Part shown: positions 11,036 through 19,024 of the stretch, piece after piece | Position numbering within the stretch: position 1 is the first letter of the stretch | Layout of the letters: each line of letters starts with the position of its first letter | Source of the DNA: a bacterium | Lineage (GTDB): Bacteria > RBG-13-61-14 > DATKZS01 | Reading direction: 5' to 3' | NCBI GenBank assembly: GCA_035527835.1 | Contig: DATKZS010000196.1 | Span: 1,058 to 65,057 of the forward strand | Length of the DNA stretch: 64,000 bases | Made by a program: the position numbers and the translations under genes | The notes under the pieces: generated by a model | What the model was told of the DNA's origin: nothing | Seen by the model: the letters and a program-made list of their open reading frames with translations, nothing else | The model's database searches: none

Positions 11036-11527
11036 CGCCGTGTCCACTGCCGTCAAATCCAGGCCACGGAGCCCGTTTCCCCAAAAATTTTTACCCTGTT
11101 TCGTCACGGTGTCCAACAAAATCCGCGGCTTGCCCGCCAGGGCCCCATTTTCTGTGGCCCAAGGGCTGGGACGCGGAGGCACTTTCGCGGCCCAATTCCC
11201 AGGCCCCTGTGGCCTGCGGTCCGGGCCGCAAAAACGCCTCCGTGTCCTAACCATCAGGCCACCCGCGTCCTATAATCCAGGCCACGAAATGACGCACCGA
11301 AACCGGCCCTTAAATTTACTTTTTTGACCCAACCATTCATTTTTCGTAGAGCCATTCTCACCTCGGAAAAATAGTAGCAAGTAGCCAGTAGCCGGTAGCC
11401 AGGGCTCAAACCCCAAACCTCAAACCCCAAACCTCCCTCATGCCCCCCTACTATTCGCAAACTGGTCGCACCGAAAAGGAAAAAAAGTAATGGTCCAAGG
11501 AAAGGGAGTAGCCAGCAGCCAGGGAGA

Positions 11528-11625
11528 AGATAAAAAAGGCTTGAGGTTTGAGGTGTGAGGTTTGAGATTGGAGGCTTAAGATCGGGATGTTAACCACAAA
11601 CCCCAAACCCCAAACCTCAAACCTT
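11528..11625. repeat. octamer-repeat hairpin
   Basis: GGCTTGAGGTTTGAGGTGTGAGGTTTGAG ... AACCACAAACCCCAAACCCCAAACCTCAAACC. Confidence 0.7.
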
Positions 11626-11713
11626 TCTTCCCTCCTTCGTGCCCTTGGTGTCTTCGTGGTTCAATTCTCTTTCCTCAAACCTCAAACCCCAAACCTCAAA
11701 CCTCATTTTCCCC

Positions 11714-11741
11714 TTGACATCGAACCATGAAGGGATATACT
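11714..11741 (+). promoter_or_regulatory. promoter module copy P1 (TTGACA-N16-TATACT)
   Basis: Module CCCTTGACATCGAACCATGAAGGGATATACTGGACCGAGAATCGCGGGAAGG... No obvious downstream gene. Confidence 0.45.
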
Positions 11742-11934
11742 GGACCGAGAATCGCGGGAAGGAGAAGGAAAGGCCGGATGGTGAGCGGAAGAAAATATGA
11801 ACCACAAAGGCACAAAGAACACAAAGAAAAAAACATTCTTCCCCCTTCGTGCCCTTTGTGCCTTGGTGGTTAAATTCTTTCTCTTCCCTGGCTACCGGCT
11901 ACTTGCTACTGGCTACTTTTTCCCCACTTTTTGC

Positions 11935-11962
11935 TTGACATGGAAGCAGGAAGGGATATTCT
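11935..11962 (+). promoter_or_regulatory. promoter module copy P2 (TTGACA-N16-TATTCT)
   Basis: Long form of the module, extending to about 12090 with the conserved tail AATGTTAAATGTTAAGACCTGA. Confidence 0.4.
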
Positions 11963-12279
11963 GGCAGAGAGATTACGGGAGGGGATGGACAGGAAAGGCA
12001 GGATGGGGAATGGGACCGGAAAGCGGCGGGCGCGGGGAAGAATGATGAGGCTAATGTTAAATGTTAAGACCTGACCCCAATCACTTCGTGGTTCAATTCT
12101 CTTTCCTCAAACCTCAAACCTCAAACCTTTCTTCCCCCCTTCGTGCCCTTGGTGTCTTCGTGGTTCAATTCTCTTTCAACAAACCCCCAACCTTTCCTCC
12201 CGGGATATTGATGTCCCCGATCCCGTCCAACCCTTGATACCACAGGGTATCATGGTTGCGGATCATGGGACCATCGTCT

Positions 12280-12951
12280 TTATCCGCCCATGGCCTTGAC
12301 CGCTTCCACGGACCATTGCAGAGCGCCATCAAAGGCCTCGCGGGTCAGGTCCGCGCGCGAGAGGCTAAGGACCAGGGAATGGCTGGGAAGATAAAACATT
12401 ACGGAGATGATGGCCTTCGAGAGCAAGGGCAGGCCCTCACGCACCACCGGCAAGGACAAGCTTGAGTAGTCCTCTGAAACAGGATGGACCGCAAAGATAT
12501 AATTCCCAGCCAGCTCCGTACCGGCCAGTCCGGGAATCTGGGCCAGGTCCTCCTCCGGATCAATCTCATCGTCCTCCCGGCGCCGCTCCAGCTCGATGAT
12601 TTCTTCCCCGTCCGGGTCCTTCACCTCTCCCACGGTCAGATACCAACGCTTGGCCTTTTTGGGCAGGTATTCCAGGACGACCTTGCTCATCCCCGCGCGG
12701 CCTTCCATCCGCCTCTCCTGCGTCCCCTCCACCGGTTTTAAATCATACGCCGCCACGAGCTCGGCCCACAATGGATCGCCGCTGAACAGAACCTGAATCT
12801 TCTCCCGGATACCCATTTGGTTTCGGCCCTCCTTGATTTTTCCTCGCCAGGAATGCAACAACATCCCCTGACCAATGGCGCGGACAATCTTGTCCGCTGA
12901 CAACCTATTGTACATCGCGACCAAAATAACGCCGCCTCGGTGAAACCGCAA
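12280..12951 (-). CDS. hypothetical protein (acidic, no recognisable domain)
   Basis: 223-aa ORF, the only minus-strand ORF in the island. Start is uncertain; internal Met candidates exist. Confidence 0.4.
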   Translation of the reverse strand: MRFHRGGVILVAMYNRLSADKIVRAIGQGMLLHSWRGKIKEGRNQMGIREKIQVLFSGDPLWAELVAAYDLKPVEGTQERRMEGRAGMSKVVLEYLPKKAKRWYLTVGEVKDPDGEEIIELERRREDDEIDPEEDLAQIPGLAGTELAGNYIFAVHPVSEDYSSLSLPVVREGLPLLSKAIISVMFYLPSHSLVLSLSRADLTREAFDGALQWSVEAVKAMGG

Positions 12952-13015
12952 GCTGGAACGCAGTATCCAAACCTCCCCCTCCCCAAGCTGCCGGCTGCTT
13001 TTTTTCTTTTTCCGC

Positions 13016-13043
13016 TTGACATGGAATCAGGACGGGATAGACT
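13016..13043 (+). promoter_or_regulatory. promoter module copy P3 (TTGACA-N16-TAGACT) driving the DUF4258/YgiT pair
   Basis: Same module as at 11714, 11935, 13805 and 14047. 15 nt upstream of ATG 13058. Confidence 0.6.
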
Positions 13044-13057
13044 GGCAGGGGATTACG

Positions 13058-13360
13058 ATGACGATCAAGGAGATTCAAGATAAGATCAAGGCCGGCAGCC
13101 ACCGCTATTCGGACCATGCGGTGAAAAGAATGATTAAAAGGTCAATTGAGGACCATGAGGTTGAGCAGGCTGTTTTAACGGGAGAGATCATAGAAGAGTA
13201 CCCCCGCGATAAGTATTCTCCCAGCTGCCTGGTTTTCGGAACCACGGACAAGGGGAGGCCCTTGCACGTCCAGGTTTCATTTCCGCCCCAAGTTGTTATA
13301 ATAACCGTATATGAGCCGGATCAAGATGAATGGACGGATTATCGGGTCAGGAGGAGGTGA
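13058..13360 (+). CDS. DUF4258-family putative toxin
   Basis: Roughly 100-aa protein with a (S)DHAVKRM motif typical of DUF4258. ATG at 13058. The track start at 13016 is a TTG lying inside the promoter -35. Confidence 0.7.
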   Translation: MTIKEIQDKIKAGSHRYSDHAVKRMIKRSIEDHEVEQAVLTGEIIEEYPRDKYSPSCLVFGTTDKGRPLHVQVSFPPQVVIITVYEPDQDEWTDYRVRRR

Positions 13361-13366
13361 AGCAAC

Positions 13367-13609
13367 ATGAAATGCGTATTCTGCGGCGGCCAAACCAAAA
13401 GCCAAAAAGTGACCTTTGTTGATGACGAGCAAGGCAAATACCTGGCGGTCGAGAACGTACCCGCCCAGGTCTGCACCAGGTGCGGAGAAAAAACCTATGA
13501 CCCCGAAACCACCAGGCTCCTCCTCGACTACGCCCGCAACCGCCGCCACCCCGCCAAAACCTTTAACATGCCCGTCTTCGACTTCGAAAAACCCGGCGAC
13601 AGGCCATGA
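13367..13609 (+). CDS. YgiT-type zinc-finger (MqsA-like) putative antitoxin
   Basis: MKCVFCGG...CTRCGE zinc ribbon of the TIGR03831/YgiT type. Sits 6 nt downstream of the DUF4258 gene. Confidence 0.7.
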   Translation: MKCVFCGGQTKSQKVTFVDDEQGKYLAVENVPAQVCTRCGEKTYDPETTRLLLDYARNRRHPAKTFNMPVFDFEKPGDRP

Positions 13610-13635
13610 GCGGGCCTTAAGGAGTAGCCGGCAGC

Positions 13636-13800
13636 CAGTAGCCAGGGAAAAGCTTAAGACTTGAGGCTTGGGGCTTGAGGCTTGAACCACAAACCCCAAA
13701 CCTCAAACCACAGACCTTCCTTTCTTCCCTTCGTGCCTTCGTGGTTCAATTCCCCCTCTTCAACCACAAACCCCAAACCTCAAACCACAAACCTCATTTT
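13636..13800. repeat. octamer-repeat tracts (CTTGAGG/AAACCACAAACC) in the island
   Basis: Visible period-8 tandem arrays. Short ORFs in the track translate them as KPQTSNL-type peptides. Confidence 0.7.
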
Positions 13801-13804
13801 ATGC

Positions 13805-13832
13805 TTGACATCGAACCAGGAAGGGATATACT
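13805..13832 (+). promoter_or_regulatory. promoter module copy P4 (TTGACA-N16-TATACT)
   Basis: Short form of the module, nearly identical to P1 over about 100 nt. Confidence 0.45.
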
Positions 13833-14046
13833 GGACCGAGAATCGCGGGAAGGGATGGACGGGAAAGACGGGATGGGGAGCGGAAGAAAATATGAACCAC
13901 CATGCCACCAAGATCACGAAGAACAATAAATCATCCTTCTTCCCTTCGTTCCCTTGGACTTCGACGAGCTCAGTCGAGTCGTGCCTTCGTGGTTCAATTC
14001 TCTTTCTTCCAACCCCAAACCTCAAACCACAAACCTCATTTTTCCC

Positions 14047-14074
14047 TTGACATTGAACCCGGAAGGGATATACT
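14047..14074 (+). promoter_or_regulatory. promoter module copy P5 (TTGACA-N16-TATACT) upstream of the AT-rich orphan gene
   Basis: Near-consensus hexamers, followed by a purine-rich leader and then gene 14295. Confidence 0.55.
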
Positions 14075-14294
14075 GGCGGAGAAATTACGGGAGGGAATGG
14101 ACGGGAAAGGCGGGATGGGGAACGGGACCGGAAAGGGGAGCGCGGGGAGAAGAATGAGAAGGATAATGTTAAATGTTAAGACCTGATCCCAATCCCATGC
14201 CAATCCCCATGCCAATCCCCACCACCAATCCCCACCAACAGCCCCTTGAGACCAGAAGCCGCTTTTTCCAAATATAATTAGAGAGGGTAGGAAA

Positions 14295-15497
14295 ATGATG
14301 GCAAAGACTTACTCACCTACAGACATTTTTTTTGATCCATTAGTTGATAGAGATTATTATTACACCATCCTTCCTCTTCTTCCGTTACTATATGATCATA
14401 TTTATATTTATTATCCGAGTGACAATTGGGCCAAGGTTACAAATTACCTTTCTCCGACGACACGTATTAGCTACATTCAAAATCTGAGACATTGGATTAG
14501 CAAAGGAGTAATTATACCAGTCTTAAAAGGTGAATATCCATTGAAAGATGACATAAGAAAAAAGAGATCTGAAATGGATGGGCCTTCCGAAGAGTTTAAA
14601 AATGTTCTGAAAAAATATAGAAAGGACTATCAAGAATCTTTAATAACTCTTGATGTACAATCAACGCTAAGAGGGTATGATGAAGCTAGAAAACTAATTC
14701 AGGAAATTGGGAACGAAGAACAAATCATTAATATGATTAAGCTAGACCTTAATGAAGCTATTCCCGACCTTTTTTATTATTATGCCGGCGGACCAAGAGC
14801 AACCAGTTCTAAATTGCTCCTAGAGATAATCAGTGCATATAAAAATGACGATTGGATTAGAAAAGATAACGAGCTTGGAGAATATTTGCTTCCAAGCACT
14901 GCTGCATACCAATATCATGCCATTACAGATCTTGGTGAAAAAAAGAGAATAGAAGATATATATCATAATACTATTATTGTAAGAGCAGTTGATATTCTTG
15001 ATGAGAAACGACTCAGACGAGATATTTGTGAATGGCCTGAAAAAGATAATATTGAAACATGGCGTGAGTTGGGTCTTCACAGAATATTGAGAGTGTTCTT
15101 ACACTCACAGGCAATTTCAAATAATCCAGATGTACAAGCAAATGAACTAGAATACACAAGCATAGAGCTTGGCAATAGATTAACTAAACTTCGATCACAA
15201 CTTCCAGGTGAATTGGCATCTCTTTTAGTTGACAAAGGATTGTTATCGCAAATTATTATTTGCCTTACTGCGTCACTAGGCATTGTAATTGGTGATGCAA
15301 CATCAACAATTATTGGAGGCTTGGTAACTCTCTGTGTGGGCAATATAGGAAGCAAAGCTATTTTATTCAGCCTAAAGAGGATAAAATGGGATAAATTCAT
15401 TGATGCTATTGAAGATGTTTTAGGCTCCAAGTCAAATAGAACGTTGGAGAGCATTGCACTTGCCTTTGGAGATGTTATAGTCTTAGGAAGAGAGTAG
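14295..15497 (+). CDS. AT-rich orphan protein of unknown family; soluble 300-aa N-terminal region plus two C-terminal TM helices
   Basis: 400-aa uninterrupted ORF whose DNA is strikingly AT-rich relative to everything around it. Shine-Dalgarno GAGGG is 9 nt upstream. C-terminal hydrophobic segments LLSQIIICLTASLGIVIG and IIGGLVTLCVGNIG. Confidence 0.7.
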   Translation: MMAKTYSPTDIFFDPLVDRDYYYTILPLLPLLYDHIYIYYPSDNWAKVTNYLSPTTRISYIQNLRHWISKGVIIPVLKGEYPLKDDIRKKRSEMDGPSEEFKNVLKKYRKDYQESLITLDVQSTLRGYDEARKLIQEIGNEEQIINMIKLDLNEAIPDLFYYYAGGPRATSSKLLLEIISAYKNDDWIRKDNELGEYLLPSTAAYQYHAITDLGEKKRIEDIYHNTIIVRAVDILDEKRLRRDICEWPEKDNIETWRELGLHRILRVFLHSQAISNNPDVQANELEYTSIELGNRLTKLRSQLPGELASLLVDKGLLSQIIICLTASLGIVIGDATSTIIGGLVTLCVGNIGSKAILFSLKRIKWDKFIDAIEDVLGSKSNRTLESIALAFGDVIVLGRE

Positions 15498-15618
15498 AAA
15501 GAAATTATTTATGTTCATCCGGTTAAAGAGTACTTTTGCTGATGAAGATGAAGCAGTCTCATCTTAAAATATTCATTATCACGATATCCATAAGCCTGTC
15601 TTTTCAGTGGGGATTGGG

Positions 15619-15712
15619 GTCATCTATAAAAGTCCCAGTCAAGACAAATCTCTCTTTTCCTGAAGACAAATTTTCTTCATCTGGGAAGGGCTCCCCCCTC
15701 GCCATCGCCGCT
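15619..15712 (+). repeat. X module of the composite 3' block (copy 1)
   Basis: TCATCTATAAAAGTCCCAGTCAAGACAAATCT...CTGGGAAGGGCTCCCCCCTCGCCATCGCCGCTG. Second copy at 17991-18085. Confidence 0.75.
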
Positions 15713-15820
15713 GTGCGGGATCGGGATCGGGGGTCAGGTCTCGACATTAGACATTTGTTTACGTATTCAGGGTATGTTTAATCAACCCTTACCGGGTTGG
15801 GCGGTGGTGATGGGATTGTG

Positions 15821-15880
15821 TCCCAGGGTAGGCCGAAGACGGCCAACCCTGGGCTATTTTATGTTTGCCCTTTCAGGGAG
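15821..15880 (+). repeat. REP-like element, copy 1 (partial: central and right hairpins only)
   Basis: TCCCAGGGTAGGCCGAAGACGGCCAACCCTGGGCTATTTTATGTTTGCCCTTTCAGGG. Confidence 0.75.
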
Positions 15881-15980
15881 TAACAATAATGCCGCGGCCA
15901 GGGGATGCGAATTGTGTGGGTGGGGGTCAGACCCTTGTTTGACTGTTTAACGGGGCGGAATTTTTCAGCCGTCTTTATCT

Positions 15981-16080
15981 CGCCCTTTCAGGGCTGAAAA
16001 GGATATTTGGGGCGGCGATATCCCAGGGTAGGCCGGGGACGGCCAACCCTGGGCTATTTTATGTTTGCCCTTTAAGGGCG
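15981..16080 (+). repeat. REP-like triple-hairpin element, copy 2 (full)
   Basis: CGCCCTTTCAGGGC ... CCCAGGGTAGGCC-loop-GGCCAACCCTGGG ... GCCCTTTMAGGGCG. Lies 3' of gene 14295-15497. Confidence 0.8.
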
Positions 16081-16139
16081 TAACAATAATGCCGCGGCCA
16101 GGGGATGCGAATCGGGAGAGGTTGTGGCGGGCATCAAAG

Positions 16140-16345
16140 AAAGGTTTGTGGTTTGAGGTTTGTGGTTTGTGGTTGAAGAAAGGAGATTGAACCACGAAGG
16201 CACGAAGGTAGGAAAAGAGGTTTGTGGTTTGAGGTTTGTGGTTTGTGGTTTAATAGCCAAACCTCAGACCTCAGACCTCAAGCCTCACACCTCAAACCTC
16301 AATCCTCGCGCCCGGACCTCAAACCCCAAACCTCACACCTCAAAC
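16140..16345. repeat. octamer-repeat tract pair (GGTTTGWGG arms then CCTCAAACC arms)
   Basis: Tandem 8-mers on one strand followed by their complement. Part of composite block I. Confidence 0.75.
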
Positions 16346-16440
16346 CTCATCTCCCTTGATTCATGATGCTTGATCGGGCATAGTTGGGCCATGTGGAGAA
16401 CAGGTTTGTGGTTTGGGGTTTGCGGTTTGTGGTTGAATAA

Positions 16441-17970
16441 ATGAAGATTCGGGATCAGGGCCGGGAATTGGAACGACAAACCACAAACGACAAACTTCGC
16501 GTTGGCCGGGGAGGTGCGGGGATGAAGGAACGGAGATTATGCGTTTTCATCAGCGGCGTGATTGTGGGAGCGGCTTTAGGCGTTGGGCTGGGGTGTCTTC
16601 GTCTGAAGAGCGTGGAGGCGGTGGTTCGGGAGCCGGAGGTCCCCGGGGAGTCACGGCTTGCCTATACCCCGCCTCCGGAGCCGAAGTTTTCCGCGGAGTT
16701 TGCGGCCAAGTACATGCCGGTGCTGCTGAGCATGATACAGCCTCAAATCGAAAAGGTGACGGATGATATTTACGTTGCCATGGGATACGCCATGGGCAAC
16801 GTGACCATGGTGATCACTGACGAGGGCCTGGTGATCATTGACACGACGGAGAGCGAGGACTCGGCGCGGAGGATCATGGCGGACTTCCGCAAGATCACGG
16901 AGAAGCCGGTGCGCTATATCATCTACACCCATTTTCATCCGGACCATAACCAGGGGACCCGGGCTTTTTATTCGGAGGGGGTCGAGATTATCGCGACCAG
17001 GGAATTTTTGAACTGGATCCACGGCGCCAATCCCGGACTGGGCGACCAACATTTTCGGCGCGTTCTGGACATACTGGGAGGGGCCGCGGAGCCGGAGTAT
17101 GCCTTCTCCATGCCTTTTTCCAGCCCCTACCTGAGCGCGGGAAAGGCGCCCGAGGCCATGATGCCGACCATTACCTTTGACGAGCAGTATTCTTTCAGCC
17201 TGGGCGGCAAGCGGTTCGATCTTTTCCACACGCGGGGGGAGACCGAAGACCATTTGGCGGTCTGGATGCCCGAGGAGCGGGCCTTGCACGTCGGAGACCT
17301 TTATTATCATTCCTTCCCCAACCTGGCGGGCATCATGCTGGAGGCCCGGCCGGTCCGCGGCTGGATGGCGTCGCTGTCGCGCTTCATCGCGCTTGGGCCG
17401 GAGTACCTCATCCTCGGCCACACCAAACCTCTTAAAGGCCAAAGCCATATCCAGGAGCACCTGGAGAACTATCTGGCCGCCATCCAGTACGTGCACGATG
17501 AGACTCTCCGATACATCAACAACGGCAAAAGCGTCGAAGAGGCGGTGGCCGGGATCAATCTTCCCGACAGCCTTGCCCGGCTGCCGTATCTGCAGGGGCT
17601 TTACGGCAGGGTGGACTGGTCGGTCCGGGACATCTACCACGCTTATGCCGGGTGGTACGACGGCTGGGGCGCCGGGCTCAATCCCCTGCCCGGGAAGTTC
17701 CGGGCCCGGGAGATCGTCGCGCTGGCCGGAGGAGCCGATAAAATCCTTTCCCGCGCCATCGCGCTCCAAAAGAACGGTGAATATCAGCTCTCCGCGGAAC
17801 TGTGCGACGTCGTCATCGCGGCCAACCCCCAAGACAAGCTGGCCCACACCGTCATGGCCTACGACATGCAATACCTCGCCTTCAGCTCCGACAACCTGCT
17901 CTGCATCGGCGCCTATCTGTCGGCGTACTCCATGCACATGAAGGCCGCAAAAACGGGCGCGGGAACGTGA
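16441..17970 (+). CDS. MBL-fold metallo-hydrolase, alkyl/aryl-sulfatase (SdsA1/BDS1)-like, N-terminal membrane anchor
   Basis: THFHPDH zinc motif, IIDT, and a downstream dimerisation-like region. The start may be the internal MKERRLCVF at 16522. Confidence 0.75.
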   Translation: MKIRDQGRELERQTTNDKLRVGRGGAGMKERRLCVFISGVIVGAALGVGLGCLRLKSVEAVVREPEVPGESRLAYTPPPEPKFSAEFAAKYMPVLLSMIQPQIEKVTDDIYVAMGYAMGNVTMVITDEGLVIIDTTESEDSARRIMADFRKITEKPVRYIIYTHFHPDHNQGTRAFYSEGVEIIATREFLNWIHGANPGLGDQHFRRVLDILGGAAEPEYAFSMPFSSPYLSAGKAPEAMMPTITFDEQYSFSLGGKRFDLFHTRGETEDHLAVWMPEERALHVGDLYYHSFPNLAGIMLEARPVRGWMASLSRFIALGPEYLILGHTKPLKGQSHIQEHLENYLAAIQYVHDETLRYINNGKSVEEAVAGINLPDSLARLPYLQGLYGRVDWSVRDIYHAYAGWYDGWGAGLNPLPGKFRAREIVALAGGADKILSRAIALQKNGEYQLSAELCDVVIAANPQDKLAHTVMAYDMQYLAFSSDNLLCIGAYLSAYSMHMKAAKTGAGT

Positions 17971-17990
17971 ATCAGGGATCGGGAATCGGG

Positions 17991-18085
17991 ATCATCTATA
18001 AAAGTCCCAGTCAAGACAAATCTTTCTTTTCCTGAAGACAAATTTTCTTCGTCTGGGAAGGGCTCCCCCCTCGCCATCGCCGCTG
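17991..18085 (+). repeat. X module of the composite 3' block (copy 2)
   Basis: About 95% identical to 15619-15712. Confidence 0.75.
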
Positions 18086-18230
18086 AAGCTTGGCGGCCCC
18101 GAGATTTCTTGCCTCGGCCGGTTCGCGCCGGGGATGGGGGATGGGGGTCAGACCCTTGTTTGACGGGGGATGGGGGTCAGACCCTTGTTTGACTGTTTAA
18201 CGGGGCGGAATTTTTCAGCCGTCTTTGTTT

Positions 18231-18330
18231 CGCCCTTTCAGGGCTGAAAAGGATATTGGGGGCGGCGATATCCCAGGGTAGGCCGCAGACGTCCAACCCT
18301 GGGCTATCTTATTTTTGCCCTTTCAGGGCG
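18231..18330 (+). repeat. REP-like triple-hairpin element, copy 3
   Basis: Near-identical to 15981-16080. Lies 3' of gene 16441-17970. Confidence 0.8.
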
Positions 18331-18546
18331 GAAGCAGGATAGCCCGCATAGCTTGCTATGGGGGTGGCCGGGGCCACGGGATGCGATTGCGGAGTCATTA
18401 TGGCGGGCATCAAAGAAAGGTTTGTGGTTTGAGGTTTGTGGTTTGTGGTTAAATACTCAAACTTCAGAGTGGGACAGCCCACATAGCGAGCTATGTGGGG
18501 TATCCGGTGGAGGGAATTTTTTTCGATGATGCGGCGGCGGTTCGGC

Positions 18547-18629
18547 CGTCCCGCCGGGACTTGATGGTTTTTTTCCGCCTGGTCCCCAGGAAAGAATTCC
18601 TGGGCTAATTTCAAGCCGTCCCGCCGGGA
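18547..18629. repeat. GTCCC-CGGGAC palindromic element, copy 1
   Basis: GTCCCGCCGGGAC ... CCCAGGAAAGAATTCCTGGG ... GTCCCGCCGGGAC. Confidence 0.7.
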
Positions 18630-18738
18630 CTAAAGGCCTCAAGACGGAAGGAGTAGCGGGTAGCGCGCAGCCAGGGAATACGAAGCTCCAAACCACAAAC
18701 CTCAAACCCCAAACCTCAAACCTCAACGCCTGCTGGTC

Positions 18739-18766
18739 TTGACAATGGAATTGATGCATCTATAAT
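18739..18766 (+). promoter_or_regulatory. consensus sigma70 promoter of the antitoxin-RelE operon (TTGACA-N16-TATAAT)
   Basis: Perfect -35 and -10 hexamers, 55 nt upstream of ATG 18821. Confidence 0.75.
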
Positions 18767-18820
18767 CGAATCAGGAGTGCGCTGGAAGGGCGCATCAAAT
18801 TCCGGAGGCGAGGAGATCAT

Positions 18821-19024
18821 ATGACCAATAGCGATGCCACGGCCGAGGTTTTTATCACGGCGCTGAAAGCCTTGCCCAAGACCGAGCGCGACGCGGTCCT
18901 GGTGCGCATCGCCCGGGACAAGGAATTCGCCCGCGACCTCCTCGACCTCGCCGTCATCTCCTCCCGCGGCCACGAACCCTCCCGTCCCTTCCGCGAATAC
19001 CTGGCGGCCAAAAGAAAAAAATGA
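18821..19024 (+). CDS. putative type II antitoxin (partner of RelE/ParE)
   Basis: 67 aa. Overlaps the downstream toxin by 4 nt (ATGA). Preceded by a consensus promoter and a GGAGG Shine-Dalgarno. Confidence 0.55.
   Translation: MTNSDATAEVFITALKALPKTERDAVLVRIARDKEFARDLLDLAVISSRGHEPSRPFREYLAAKRKK

Noticed and set aside
11640-13760. tRNA-like T-loop motif GGTTCAATTC in the recurring CTTCGTGGTTCAATTCTCTTTC segment
   Set aside because: The flanks cannot form T-stem, acceptor or anticodon arms. It is part of the dispersed repeat.
11797-14157. Short ORFs in the track (for example 11797-12045, 13675-13929, 13682-14050, 13954-14157, 16072-16260, 16160-16366) giving KPQTSNL, GIYW.RN.GKGWTGK and GWG-type peptides
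   Set aside because: They are translations of the octamer repeats and of the promoter module in whichever frame stays open. The same peptide recurs only because the DNA repeat recurs, and there is no Shine-Dalgarno or start context.
15981-18330. Interpretation of the REP-like element as integron attC sites (cassette array)
   Set aside because: No GTTRRRY / RYYYAAC core sites at the element ends. No intI in the window. Identical elements also occur outside the island (23203, 32377). The cassette-like layout is noted as a finding, but attC identity is not supported.
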